From Catajapyx aquilonaris (Eukaryota): a stretch of 64,000 bases of DNA. The position numbers and the translations under genes are program-made. Below are positions 38,701-51,581 of the stretch, piece after piece (position 1 is the stretch's first letter; each line of letters starts with the position of its first letter). Under the pieces are notes generated by a model. The model was not told the origin of the DNA. It made no database searches and saw nothing but the letters and a program-made list of their open reading frames with translations. The DNA lies in assembly GCA_000934665.2 (NCBI GenBank), contig JYFJ02001319.1, forward strand, positions 1 to 64,000, in the 5' to 3' direction.

Positions 38701-40753
38701 CCTGACGCCATCACCGCTGGAAGTCACCCTTCTCGAATCTCAATTGGAGAAGAAGAAGAAGAAGAAGGATAAAAAATATATTCTCCCCTGGCTCATACCC
38801 GCTGATAAATGATGGGCTTGACTCTGGTAATGACTCTTTTTTCCGCAATTTACCAGACATTTTAAGTCAGCTCCGTTGACTATAAAAACGAAGGAAACAT
38901 GCCACGGAATGTAGTCAAAACAATCCGCTGCAGACCGGAAATTATTTTACTTTTAAGTGTCGAATTATGCAAATTTTAATTTGCATATCATAACTATGTT
39001 AATGGATACTTTTCATTAACTAATTGGCTCCAGAACACAAGGCACTTTCGTTAGAAAAGAGCTGAAACTTTGAGCCATTCACTGGGACTTGAAGTGATCC
39101 GCACTGCAAACACAAATCGCTCATTCCAATTCCATCCTCCTAAGTTTACAGTTCTTTTTTTGCTATTTTAAAGAAAAAAAAGGACCCAGCTAATCTCTGA
39201 AAAAGAAAAAAGGCGGCAAAAAGTGGCAGGCTTCACTCAACTTGAAACTAATCCCGACTTCCTCCAATCCAGAAGCCTAATCCGGGATCAGTCTGCTTCC
39301 GGAGGTCCCCCCTGCCCTTTAGCCTTCCAACCAAAGAAGAAATTTGTTGAGCACATCAGTCCGAGCCAAAATGGTAGTCCTAATCGGATTTTGAACCACT
39401 CCAGCTTGAAAAGTTCAGGAATTTCGGCGCCTCCTGATGGGTGATTCATCAAGTCCTAATCATTTCTGACTCACCCTGTAGTATCCGGGTCTATCTCCTT
39501 TCAGGTGGGTTTATGAGTCCACCAGAGCCCCCTGGTGCCCCACAATTATTTTCCGCGCAGTCCAAACGGGTTAACCGCGTTTGCCACAAAACGCATGTTG
39601 TGCCCGGAATAGCGGCCGAGCAATATGTTCCCGAACAACCCATACAACGGCCTATCGATAGACTCGTCCCCTCTCCCTCCCAATAATCCTACCCTCTAAC
39701 CGCATCCCCATCGCAGCAGCAGTTTACCAACCTGGAAAATGGTCACCAAAAAAAAACACCAAAAATGCGTGGGTTTCACTGGTAAGATGAAGCAATGTGA
39801 GTTTTTATATCGGTTCACACAGTAGACTATACAAGTTCCCCAAAGGCAGAGAGACAAAGCGCATCTTTACTGGTTTTTTTTTCTCATTTAAAAAGTCTAT
39901 TGGACAAGAAGGTCACAACCTGGGAGGTCAGAGGGATTGGAACTGGGTGGGTGCATCTACTGGTCCCAAGTGGGGTGGGGGGAGGGGGTGGAATATATGG
40001 AAAGGTAATCATTGTTAAACTACGAAGCCAAGAAACCAATAGGATATTTTTTTAAATCCCGACACTCCCCCCAATTGTTTGTACTTGTACTCGTAAGCGT
40101 CGGAGAAATGACGCAATAATCAATGGAGCTTCCAACCATTGAATAACTTCATAGCCTAAATGAAAATGGAGGGGGGTGGAGTGTTGGGGGAAGGAAAAAG
40201 GAAGGGGAACCAACAACAAAGTGAGAACAACTTTGTTCAATTTACAAAAAAAAAATGGCCATTGGCCTATACTCTTTCACATCCATCTGCACATATTCAT
40301 ATACACACACACACTCGACACGTTCTCTCTCTTTCTACACATCACAACAATAAAAACAGTGATCGGAGGAAAAAGTTAAATACAAAATGGACATTATCAC
40401 AGATATAAATAAAAAATGCGTCTTTACAGTAACATTACACATCTCTCTGGAGAATAAAATTCCTTATGTTACATTCATACAGGCCAGCAACCACTTATGA
40501 TTTTTTTCTCTCTGCTAAAATAGAACCCTCATTAGGGGAAGATTATAATAAGTGCTGTCCGAATCATGCCTTGTCTGTACACAAACTCTTTTTAATCCCT
40601 TGTTATCATATTTTTTCACCACTTGAAAGTCCGCCTTTTGTTTGGCCACGAAAGAGTCCGTTGAGTCACTTTTAGAGTTATTAACGTGGCGCTCTCGCAT
40701 TTTTACATATTTTATACTATTTTTTCGATTCCGTGTTTTTAACCACCCTATAA

Positions 40754-40799
40754 TTACAACCAACTGGCCGGGGAAGTGCAGAGTCCGGCGAAGAACCAC
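40754..40799 (-). CDS. Candidate distal terminal coding exon of the Iroquois gene (adds KWFFAGLCTSPASWL*), followed by a probable long 3'UTR
   Basis: Strong acceptor ttgtttttcttttatttacag| (40820-40800). Joining to the phase-2 donor at 44466 gives 15 codons then TAA (40756-40754). Downstream sequence is U/AU-rich on the minus strand. I cannot recognise homology for the peptide, and an intervening exon cannot be excluded. Confidence 0.45.
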
Positions 40800-43700
40800 C
40801 TGTAAATAAAAGAAAAACAACGTCTTGTAATAAGACCGTATATAAGCAGCATATGTGGAACTAGAATACTGACGATAATGGCGATGTTGATGAGTTATTT
40901 ACGTGACAATTTTATGCACCCAATTTATAGGATGCAAGAAAACTGCTGGGCCTGCTGGAAGGTGTGAAATGTGTCTGATACGAGGCGCAAAATCCCCATG
41001 TTTTCCTATCAGATCCCACTAAAAATTAAATCAAGCTACAAAAAAAACTGAATGATTGACACTGCCCTTGATGATCTTCCCTCCTATGTTACCTTCCCCT
41101 TTCTCTCACTACAAACTGACCCACATAGCCTCGTTTCCCGAGGACCTCCTTTTTCTCGAGGGTCACAATAAGTTTCACAACTTTCCCTCAAGTGCACGGA
41201 ATCGGCCATCTTGTGCAGAAGAGGCACAAAATGGCGCATGTTCAGGCCTATAAAATTAGGCTTGGAATATAATACTGTCGATATTGTTGTCCCAGCCTGA
41301 ATAGTGGGCACAGTTTACTCGTGCTGTGTAAGTGGCCACCGTGACAGTGTCCACCATGCTGACGACATGCGTGTTAATGCGCTGAATTAGAAGCAGCTTT
41401 GTTCACCGTGCATCCGCGACATTGTTAATGAAGGTGCAAGGGAGCGGCCATGCATCTTGGAAAGCCCGCCGAATAATTAATCGGCGAGTTTAGGTGTACC
41501 GGTAGCGACATTGTAAAATGTCACAGCAACGGCTGACCTTACAAAGTGCAGCACCGTCCGACTTGAAGTATTTACGAACTAGGCTCAAGTTGGCAAGTGT
41601 CATTTGCAATATTTATGTTAGTGACCCTGCATTTACGTAGAACTCGGGAGCCCCCAAAGCAAGCAGCAGACGCAATGAAATATTGCATGAGACTCTGAGC
41701 AGTGGCAGTAAAAGGGTTAGATTCCCGGGAGGGTTATTTACACATCGTAAGCCAGGCCATAATCTCCCTGGGTCTGGAGTGGAAATCAGTGAGTCGAGTG
41801 CACATAAAAGGCAGCAAAACTTTCAACGGGCGACTTCTGGAAAACGGATTCGTTTGTCCACGAGGAGCAAGGAGAAGTGTACATCAGCGGGAAGGCAGGC
41901 GTATATCATGCAGGGGCCAACATTAGCTGCCTCAAAATCCAGGTAATGTAGGGAGTTTTCTGTGCGAGTTGGCAAGTGGAAGACCCCCCTCGGACACGGC
42001 CCTTCGCCTCCAATTGCCCAGCCACGTAAATCAGGAGCCTCGCAGGTGGAGGTGCACAGTCCACAGACAGCCCCAGGTAGCCTTGCCAACCAAACGGGGC
42101 AGGAAATATAAGAAAAGTCACTGCATACCTGAACGTCGCGCATTTTTCGGGGGGAAAACATGGCAAATACGACACAAAAATTTAGTGTTTGTGTGTCCAA
42201 GTGTCGATACAGTCTATAGGCAAGGAATACGAAATTGCAGGTGTGGCCGAGCATGCAGTGTGTGGAAACGGAGTTGGAGCCAAAGCCTCATTCTCATGGC
42301 CATCTATCCATCATAACCGCGGGCTTTTCCCTTTTTCCCTGCGTCCGATTGACAAGTGATGGGAAGCCAATGGCGGTAAATTACTAGCTGCCAACCCCTG
42401 CCTTGATCTGCCTTCTGGCTACACAATCCTCCACGCAGGTCTTACACAGCCCAGCGTAATTCCGTCTCATCATCATCAACATCATCCATGGCCGCCATCA
42501 TTCATAATTATTCAGAAAACACTCCCTCCCAGCCACAGCTCCCTCCATTGATCAATTCTGGAACTAGAGTAGGACAATCCGCGACCAGTCCAAATAAATC
42601 TCATGGCATGGTGTCCAGCTTAACTCTTTAACCATGCAGCAACCGGTCCCACAGCATGGATGTCTTAAGATTCATTCATCCTGCGTCTTCCTCCCACTCG
42701 GTCCTCCCAAAAAATCCCACCTGTCTTATAGGTGACCTAATGGTAAAAAAATGGACATGCTGGTACGTTTTTCTTACCTTTCGTGTGGCACTTGAGCACA
42801 GTCTCTCTTCGAGGCGATTGATTATACGGGCGATACGAAGTTGCCCAGACTCTGGGCGCTGGAAAACCAAACAACAGGACACACGGTCAATTCTCTGGCC
42901 AAACTGGTTAGTTAGCGCTAGTGACAACTTGCACTATTTTTCACTGGGAACTAGCATTCATTTCAATTCAGCAAGTAGGAGGGGGGACATGCAATTCGTT
43001 ACATAGCAGCAGGACCGTCTAATAAAGCAATACACGGGGCCCGAAGGATTTGGCGTGCAATTTTCTCTTGACTAATCACTTCACATAATGTAAGGGAGGT
43101 GCAAATCGGTAACCTCCAACTCCTTTATAAACGTAACGGATAGGGCCGGTAATTATAATGCAAAAGTAAAACTTAAAAACTGGGATAACATGCTAGTGCG
43201 ATTTTTTATTTTTTGCAGCGGTACTTTTTGCGGCTTGCCTAACCAGTAATGAAACTGATGGTGTTGGAAAGTAAGGTGGTTAAGTACCTAATCAGTGTTT
43301 TAAATGTTGTTCAAAATGATAAGACGATGGTTAGCAAAACAGTTGACATATTAACGGGATATATCACAGGTGACTATAACAACTTGCATTTATAACAAGT
43401 AATCACAATCAAGGTGAAACGTGTGGCGGAACAATTATTTTAATTTGCAATATTTTTTGCGATGTTGGGAAAATTACCAAATATTTAGTGTGTGTGAAGA
43501 TTTCAGCATCAACTATCGCAGTCTATACAACCACGGCGAGCTGCTGTTTGCAATACTATTGTCTGAGCTGCTAAAAAAACTCCATTGCATCGATCCATTT
43601 ATTGCAAAGTGCAAATAATTTCCGTATACTTTACAGCAAATTGAAAAGGTGAACAACAAACAAAATAAACAGCAGTCCTACAGATGGAATCTGGCCAAGA

Positions 43701-44405
43701 GTTACAATGGCTACAAATATGCCACTAATTTGCAACATGATCCTTATTTGCCCAGAATTTATAGTCTTTTACGCTTGTTCATAAGTGTGGCTGTATATAA
43801 CTGTTTTGTAGGCTTCATTTTAGCGACCTTGTGACGGTAGCAAAATTATTATAGGCTCATAGTACATGATATTTCTTGGCCCATTACATGCGTCGACGCA
43901 ATTTTCCCGAAATTATGGAAGCGGGAAGGTTTATATCGGTTATTTACACCGAATGCAACGGGATGAACTTAATGTCTCACTTAACTACCATATTAACACT
44001 AGTGGATGTTATACTCCATCAATGACTGATGGGGTGATTCAGTGAGGGAATGCTGCTCCACTTTGTTCCGACGGCATTGAAGTTAAAACGCCGTAGTACC
44101 CAGGGCAGATGTATTACTTTTATGGCATCCTCAGATAAGCTGATAGTCATCCATGATGTCACACTAACCAGTTTTAATTTCTGCTAATACTTCACGGTGT
44201 TGGCGCAAGTACATTTAATGGGCATGAGGTCATCGCAATCGACCCCCACCTCCTATATAAATAATACAGGACGATAAGCTGCCTGAGTTGCAGCGATGCT
44301 GGATAAGTCCAGCCAGTCCAGCCCAGCAGTCCAAAGAATGCGCATGCGCGACTGGAGAAAGTAATCAATCGCATTTGATCCCGAAATGACCGTAACGGTT
44401 ATTGC

Positions 44406-44411
44406 TTTATT
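44406..44411 (-). terminator. Candidate proximal polyadenylation signal AATAAA
   Basis: tttatt on + strand = AATAAA on the gene strand, 50 nt downstream of the TGA at 44462. Confidence 0.4.
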
Positions 44412-44461
44412 AAGCGGTCACTGCTAGCGGTTACAAGTTTCTGGATAACTGAATGGGACAC

Positions 44462-45020
44462 TCACTTCTTGTACACTGGCCTGAAGGCTGTTCCCTCCGG
44501 GCCCTGACACGACGAGACCGCGACGGACGCCGCTGCGTTCTGGAAGGCCAGCGCGGCAGCTGCTGCGCTCTCCTTCCTCTCCTGCTGTTGCATCTGCTGC
44601 GGTTGCTGTTGCTGTTGCTGCATCTGCTGTTGAGCTTGTTGCTGCTGCTGCTGGTGCTGCTGCTGTTGATGCTGGTTATGCTGGTGCTGGGCAACGGCGG
44701 CTGCCGCAGCGGCCGCTTGAAGCCTGCCGCCGAGGGATGCCAGGGATCCGTACTGTCCGGCGGCGGCGAAGCAGGCAGCTCCGGAGAGGAGGCTGGGCAG
44801 CTTCAGGTTGGGAGGCGTCTGCGGAGGGGTGTCGGTGGCCACCTCCGCCGACACGCTACCGTACGACGAAGTGGAAGAGGACGAGGACCCGCCGCCGCTG
44901 CACGGCGCGCGGAACGGGAGGTCGCCTGCTGCCGCGGCAGCTGCTGCTGCGGCCGCGGCGGCGCTCAGGGGGGACTGCCGGCTCTGCCACTGGGCCTGCC
45001 GTTGCTCCAACTCCGCCTCT
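44462..45020 (-). CDS. ara/caup: Iroquois gene coding exon E (poly-Ala, TDTPPQTPP motif, poly-Gln, TAFRPVYK end); ends at donor 44466 or reads through to TGA at 44464-44462
   Basis: Acceptor tgtgtgtgtacag| after an 86-nt intron; phase 2 gives AG+A=Arg, then EAELEQRQ in the open frame. Exons A-E total 1713 nt including the stop (570 aa without the missing N-terminal exon). Confidence 0.9.
44583..44690 (-). repeat. Coding CAG/CAA-rich repeat (poly-Gln, opa-like) in exon E
   Basis: Runs of tgc/tgt triplets on + strand translate as QHQHNQHQQQQHQQQQQQAQQQMQQQQQQPQQMQQQ. Confidence 0.9.
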
Positions 45021-45106
45021 CTGTACACACACAATTGAAAGAAACAACCGTACATTACACACACCCAATGCAACATAACTACAGTGTAACTGAATGACCA
45101 ACTGAC

Positions 45107-45515
45107 CTGACGTTGGCCGAAGCAAGGAGTCCTCCGTATCTGGAGTACCCGGAGGCCATTCCGGTGGAGAGTCCGAAACTTCCGACGTTGACGGAGGTGA
45201 GCCATGCCTGCGCATGCGCGTGAGCAGCGTGTGCGTGAGCGTGTGCTGCGTGGGGATGAGTGTGCGGGGAGGTGATGCTGCTGGGCGGAGGAGGCGTCTT
45301 GCAGGCGGCGGTGTCCGCCAGGGACCAGATCTTTGGCTTGGACGGCGGCAAGGGCACGCCGCACCCGGGGCTCAGCGACGGGGCAGTCTGCTTGGACTCC
45401 AGGCCCACAGACCCCACCGACGTCCCCGACGCCGCTCCGGGACTCCCCATGCTGCCCTCCGACAGCACCACAGGTTTCATGTCGTCGTCCGACTTGCACT
45501 TCTCATCCGACGACT
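45107..45515 (-). CDS. ara/caup: Iroquois gene coding exon D containing the IRO box
   Basis: Acceptor tttacattgcag| after a 100-nt intron, donor AG|GTCAGT (45106-45101); 409 nt, phase 1 to 2. Contains PPSKPKIWSLADTAACK (IRO box, ~45300-45340) and a His/Ala-rich tract. Confidence 0.93.
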
Positions 45516-45615
45516 CTGCAATGTAAACCATACAATACCTGGTGTCAGATTACCTCGCGTTCAAGTTGCAGTGGAGACAATGCGTCGTGTCATGAAAACA
45601 AGATAGTGGACTGAC

Positions 45616-45953
45616 CTTTGTCCGAGTCCTTCCCGTCGTCGCTCTTGCAGATGTCGTCTCCCTTGTCCTTGTTCTCAGGCTCGCTGTCGCTGATAACAGC
45701 GTCCTCGTCGTCGTCCGTCTTGTTCTTGGGCTCCCAAGTCATCTTGTTCTCCTTTTTGAGTCGCCGACGCGCGTTGGCGAACCAGGTGGACACTTGCGTC
45801 AGGGTCATCTTGGTGATGATGGCCAGCATGATCTTCTCCCCTTTGGTCGGATAAGGATTCTTCTTGTGCTCGTTGAGCCAAGCCTTGAGGGTGGCCGTCG
45901 ACTCCCTCGTGGCATTCTTGCGCCGAGCGGCCAGGTCGTACCCTGCGCCATAC
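45616..45953 (-). CDS. ara/caup: Iroquois gene coding exon C: TALE homeodomain plus acidic tract
   Basis: Acceptor ttctttcctggacag|, donor |GTCAGT (45615-45610); 338 nt, phase 2 to 1. Encodes [84 protein letters not shown], the Irx homeodomain with the PYP loop and WFANARR helix 3. RESTATLK matches Ara/Caup rather than Mirror (RETTSTLK), from recall. Confidence 0.97.
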
Positions 45954-48900
45954 CTGTCCAGGAAAGAAACGGGTTCACACGTGGTCTTTACCACTGACTA
46001 AAAACTGTTGTGTCAACTAGGGCTGCTTAGAAACGGGGCTGAACCAAAACGACCCTTCCCGCTTGGCTGTCATCCGAAACCGAAAAGGAAACCGTCAGGG
46101 GGTTCCGGGGACTCACAAATTTCGGGGTGTGAACAGACACACCAGATATACTGTATCTCACGCTGTGTCTGCCCTCGACCAAAAAGTATCACCCTTCGGT
46201 TTTTCGACGACCATTCCTCCCAAGCTGGTAATTTGGAACTTAACATTCCCCACTGCAGGGAATCGTGTTTGGCTCTTAAAAGTCAGCATTTCCCCCTTTG
46301 ATGAAACGGGAATCTAAAAGCGTTTGTCATAACTTCCCTGGGGGTATGCCCAAAAAATTCTCGAGGTAAGGACCGGGGGTCCTCTTCGCATTCCTCCGTG
46401 GTTATAGGGGCCGGTGGCATCGCAACAGGAAGTCTCCGGTAAGGTTGTAAACGTGTCGAATTCTCCAGGAAGGAATGGACCGAGCTTGGTGGCCTTCGAG
46501 GCCCTCCGGAGCCGACCCCCTAAAGAGTTGCGGACTTGGGGACCTCCAGTCACTTCCTCCCTGCTGCCAATCCATCCATCCACCCATAACCCCTTGGAAA
46601 CACAAGGGAGTGGGGGATAATCCCGCAGGCCCCGGAGCCATGGTTAACGCCTGGGCGCCGCCGACCGGGCTATTCCATTAGTCCCATTAAAAAGGGAGCG
46701 ATGGGGTCACTCAGCCATGGGGCTTGCGGCCTTTTGCCATCCGGGGTGGGGGGCATATATACCCTCTCTCAAAAAGAGGGGGGGCAGAAACAGAGCCGTT
46801 GCCTTCCGTGTCTCGTTCCGACGACGTCTGCCAATCAAATCTCTCCACCCCCTACATTTTCCTAAGGGGATTTGCTCTTGTTTTACACCCAGCCAAACAC
46901 AACAAGGTGAGTCATCCCCAGCGGTTCCAAAATCTAGTATTCGGGGGCCTGAGTGAGTGATATGATGGCGGGGGAGGGCCCCAGAAGCAGTTTTTGGTGG
47001 GCTGTTGAGGGACAGGCTCGGGTTTCAGAAAAGGGTGTCCAAATGAATGAAAGACTTGACGCCCTCGTGACACTGCAGATGGGGGGAAAAAAGAGGGTTG
47101 TGTGTGTATGTGTGGGTATATCCAGGGGTAGGGGGGGAAATACAGATTTCCCAGGAGAGAGGGTGGGTATAGAAGCGCCACCTGCGCCCATAAGCCTGTC
47201 CGCACAGCTCTACACAAACGACGGCATCCAATTTCCTCCTTTTCACAGGGGCTCCCCCCAAAACCCAGCCTGCCCACGTGACGTTATGAGTTATGCACCG
47301 CCTATAAATTAGCACTGCTAGTAATTTACGACTGGGGGACCAATATTGGGAAAGCGCAAAAATTTGGCTGCTGGGCTGGGCTGGGATGAAACAATTGCGT
47401 GGAACTGTCGATGCCAATGAAAGAAGGTACGAGTGGACGACAAATTTCGCCACTGTTCGCTTTTCCAATCAATTACTAAAACTTTTTTTTAGGAAGGGGT
47501 GTCCGGAACCCCCTGTCCCGATACACACGGACGGTAATTTCACCCGAGGTATACTGCTGGCAATTTGTCATTAAAAGAACCATTACATTCGCCCCCTCGG
47601 CTTCAATCAGGCGTGCAACAATGTTGCAAAGGTATCGACCATAAAGTGTGGGGGGGTTCTGAGTATATGGCTACAGAACGAATTACCTAAGCGGTTTGCC
47701 CCCTTCCAACGAGGTCATTTCGAAAAGCATGACCAAGTTCCATTATTTTGAGAGCACTCTATACGGCGTCAATGCAAGGGAATGAGCCCGTACCAAAGTG
47801 ACAACGTGTAAGGCGATGAATGACACGCCAGTACGGATGACATTCTGGAGAATTAATGTGTGTCGTTCGTTAAATCTAACCAAGTGCACTGCAATGTTGG
47901 CGTACCAACCAGTGAAAAGCTACAAATAGGATGTTTCTAAGAATTACTATTTGTGCTTAGGCCATACTTCATGAGAGCATATGACGTGTATGGGAGTTTA
48001 TCGGGTAAGGGTGAGGCAGGAAAAGTGTAGATTATGGAGGTATAGCATCGGTAATCAAAACTTTTTCTAAGGAGAGCTATACTTGGAGTGTTTTTTATGA
48101 GAAGAACCTCATTTCCTTTCGCCTCGTGTCTAAGAAATTTTGCGGGGAAAAAATAACCTACCGGGTATATTTACATGCAGGAGATTACCTTTCTGTGTAA
48201 GGCCGATATTTAATAATTCATGCGTCTCTGCTTTATTGCCTTTTGAAAAAATTTGAGGTGGGGGAAGGGGGGATATGAGAAAGGTAATAATAAAACTAAT
48301 GTGAAGTAGGCCTATATGTGTGCTGTGTAAGGTCGGTTTAATCAACTACCACGTACACACTCTGGACGTATTGTGTTTAGTATGCGCAAACGTTGGCCAT
48401 AGACTTTCCTTTTCACTTCTGTAATATGCTGGTAGTGGAAATAAGTCAGAATAAGCTACTGTGCGTCTCACACCACATATTGATCTATTTTTAGCTTAAG
48501 TGTAAGTTATATCCTGCATGTTAAGTACATTTCAATTAATTGCATACACCGCTACCCCAAGCTTTCAAGGAAGCAATAGCTGTAATGATACATCTCGGTT
48601 CTATGAGCGGCACCAAAACACATTATTAAGTTAATGTGATTTCTATTTGTCACCATGACGCATCAAAAATTATAAGGCAAGGCTGCGTCAAGTATAATAG
48701 TTATTAAGACAGTGTTCGAATAAAGCCTACATGCAAGACATTAACGTTCAAAAATCCTCAATTTGTGTTGAACAAATGATCTGTTGCGCCACCTGCAGGT
48801 AATACTTTAATTTTAACTCCCAAATACAAACACCATTCCGCTCTAAAATTGTGATGTAAATAGACTTCCACTTTTGGAAACGTATTTAAGCAGATGGTGC

Positions 48901-51462
48901 AGCGCATTATATTTTTTGCGTCACTTGAGACTTGAGGAATTCTTCGGGGCATGTTTCTAAACATGTAATTTACACGCCTATTTATAACAGGGTTTATCCC
49001 ATGAATTCCTCTTGCCCCCTTCCAGCTTGTGTGCACAGGTGCGCAGTTCTCAGCTTCGTTTTAAGGAAACTTAACAGCAAAGCTTATCAGTTTTAAATTT
49101 TCCTGGCCTCCTCTTTATGATGAAGACGTGTTAGTTAATTCTAGTCGACAAATATGAGTTTCATTCTCCAGACATGTGCCTACGGCTAATGACTCTCGTG
49201 CAAGAGGAATGCAGATGAACGCGGAATAATGAATGGATGCATAATTAAACTGAGCAAAATATACGGCAGGAAAATTTTGTTCGGCTCGTTTTATTTTCCT
49301 GGTGAGGCGGACGTGGCAATTCTGGGCTTTGTTTAGGCAACATTTTAACTTGACGTCATGACGAGTTTCTCCCATGTTATGTTGGAGTTTTGCTGAGCGT
49401 GGTTGACACACACACACGTTTGAAATATACTGAGCCATGTTGAACAGAGCCAACGTGTAAATTAAATATGGGAAACAGGAGGTAGTAACAGTTTTGTTTG
49501 AAAATTTTTAGGTTTCGTCAAGCCCGTGTTGCCTCCTCGTTTAAAGATTTCATCTCCCTGCAGGCGGTGCTTTTATCTCTTTTTGTTTGCCATCATCTGA
49601 GAGGGCAAACCTTTGCCAACGACCACTAACTGCGGCTAATTTTCAAAACACGACCGTGAGCAAATACCACGCAGGAAGTTATCAAGTAAGCTTTTGAGTA
49701 CAAAGTGACACAGTTCAATAAGCTTCTATACTTTTAGGTTAAATTGCTAATCACCGCGGTTTTTAATTACTTTAAAGGTGAATCTCAAAAGCACAATTTC
49801 CAGTTATTTGCATGGTATTTTCCTAGCAGTTATAAATGGAGATTAAGATTAATTACTGTAGGCTTAATAATTGGCATGCTGACATTTTTCCTCTGGTACA
49901 AAATAATAAGACTTTTACAACATGATAATTTATAAAGCAGGAGGGTACACTTAAGATAAAATCAAGAAGGTCATTTCCTTTATTACAGCGTTAGGCGTTG
50001 CTACTAACAATATAAGAAGCGTCACCTGAATGCCTAACCGTAATGATGGAAATCTATTGTTATTTTAAAATTACGATAAGACTTAATAGTAAAATGTTAC
50101 TCCTATACATGGTAGCATTAGCTCCTATGAAATCACAATGACTTGTGAAAATACACATTTTCACTAGTATCTTAGAAGACACATTCAATTCTGTGTGAAT
50201 ATTCATTATTTACATTAGGACCTAACGGGGCAATCAACATACTGAGGACAATATTAAGCAAAAATATGCAGATGTACTTAATTGGTCCTGCGTGGTCACT
50301 GATGCATAGGTTTGTTGACCCATTAACAAAATGTCTCTCAGTACTAAACACTGTATAATTGGGTTCACTTTCTCATGAAACAGAAGCCTATACGCGATAG
50401 TATGGCAACAAAAGTCCACGTACCTATAGAATGCTTCCAGAATAAGAATTTAGGTCATGTATGACTATATCCACATATACATAGACTACGCCTACATCTA
50501 GATGCGAGCTGCTGGAGCTTGGAACAAATAAGACTTAATTTCAGAGAATCATATAAATTGCACAATTCCGCAAACACCGTGGTGTTTTATGCAGGATATT
50601 TACTGCTTCGAGAACATACACACCTCATTGAATTTTTACGCCTCTCATTTCGGTGCTGGCTTGCAGCACATCCTCTTATAAATAATTCACCGTCATGAAC
50701 TATGCACTCACAAATGTTAGCCTTGTTTCACAAGATATTTCGGAAAAGGCCGCCTTGTTTAGCAGGCACACTGCACACACAGTATATCTCCCATAACAAC
50801 CGCGTAAACACATATTACAACGATACTGATGATGATGTCCCTCCAAATTTCCCCTCTCCAATCTTTCCACTGGCCCCCTCACAGTCAACAAGGCATTTCA
50901 TTAATGAATTCCGTCATTATTTTGCAACGTGGCGATGTCCCACCTGGAACCGTCCGGAGTAATTCCCTCGGCATTTTTTCCCCGCAGCCAATGGTACTGT
51001 CGGCAGAGAGGACCAGCAGTAACAACCCCATGACTATTCTCATCCGAGCCCCCCTCTGGTATATATTCGGCTGCGGCCCTTATCGATGCGCCAGAGGGCA
51101 GGAATGAGCCCCCAGTGCAATTGTTCATCGCCCGATGATTAATTATGAATGCGCCATACACTGTAACACCGCGCACTGCCGCACACAATAATATTTTGCT
51201 TGCTGACGTTGATGGCAGATTCCCATGTTTGCGCTGAACTATTGTGTTGTTAAGGATTTTTTCCGCCCGCGCTTTTCATACTTTTTGCTCAAAATTATTT
51301 TTTTTGTTGTTTTCCCCCAGCATCAGTAGGTCCGGTCCAGCCCAGCACAATGGCGCCCCTTTTATTGCTCCCTTTACGCCTCTCACCGGCCCATGAATTT
51401 AGTCCCAAAGTGGTGACGAGGCGGCCATCTTGTCTCGTTTAGCACATGCAAATATCACTTAC

Positions 51463-51581
51463 CCATAAGCAGCCAGTGCCGGGTCGTACGGGTAGTAACC
51501 AGTGGTGGGCTGGAGACCTGCGCTGGTCCAGGCGGTCATCTCCGCCGATGCGCTCCCGTCCTTCAGGGCGTACGGCGTGCT
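51463..51581 (-). CDS. ara/caup: Iroquois gene coding exon B (missed by the ORF track)
   Basis: Acceptor ctgttttctttgtcctcag| and donor |GTAAGT (51462-51457); 119 nt, phase 0 to 2. Translates STPYALKDGSASAEMTAWTSAGLQPTTGYYPYDPALAAYG; the YYPYDP-LAAYG motif precedes the homeodomain in Irx proteins. Phases match both neighbouring exons. Confidence 0.92.

Noticed and set aside
44453..45097. 214-aa plus-strand ORF with a Leu-rich stretch
   Set aside because: Antisense shadow of the poly-Gln/poly-Ala coding exon E (CTG repeats read as Leu).
44462..45499. 345-aa minus-strand ORF as a single-exon gene
   Set aside because: Only 44462-45020 is the real frame; the upstream part is an intron plus an off-frame reading of exon D.
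45483..45650. CKSDD peptide repeated on both sides of the 100-nt intron as a sign of exon duplication
   Set aside because: Only five residues, with Ser encoded by AGC versus TCG, in an acidic low-complexity region; not enough evidence.
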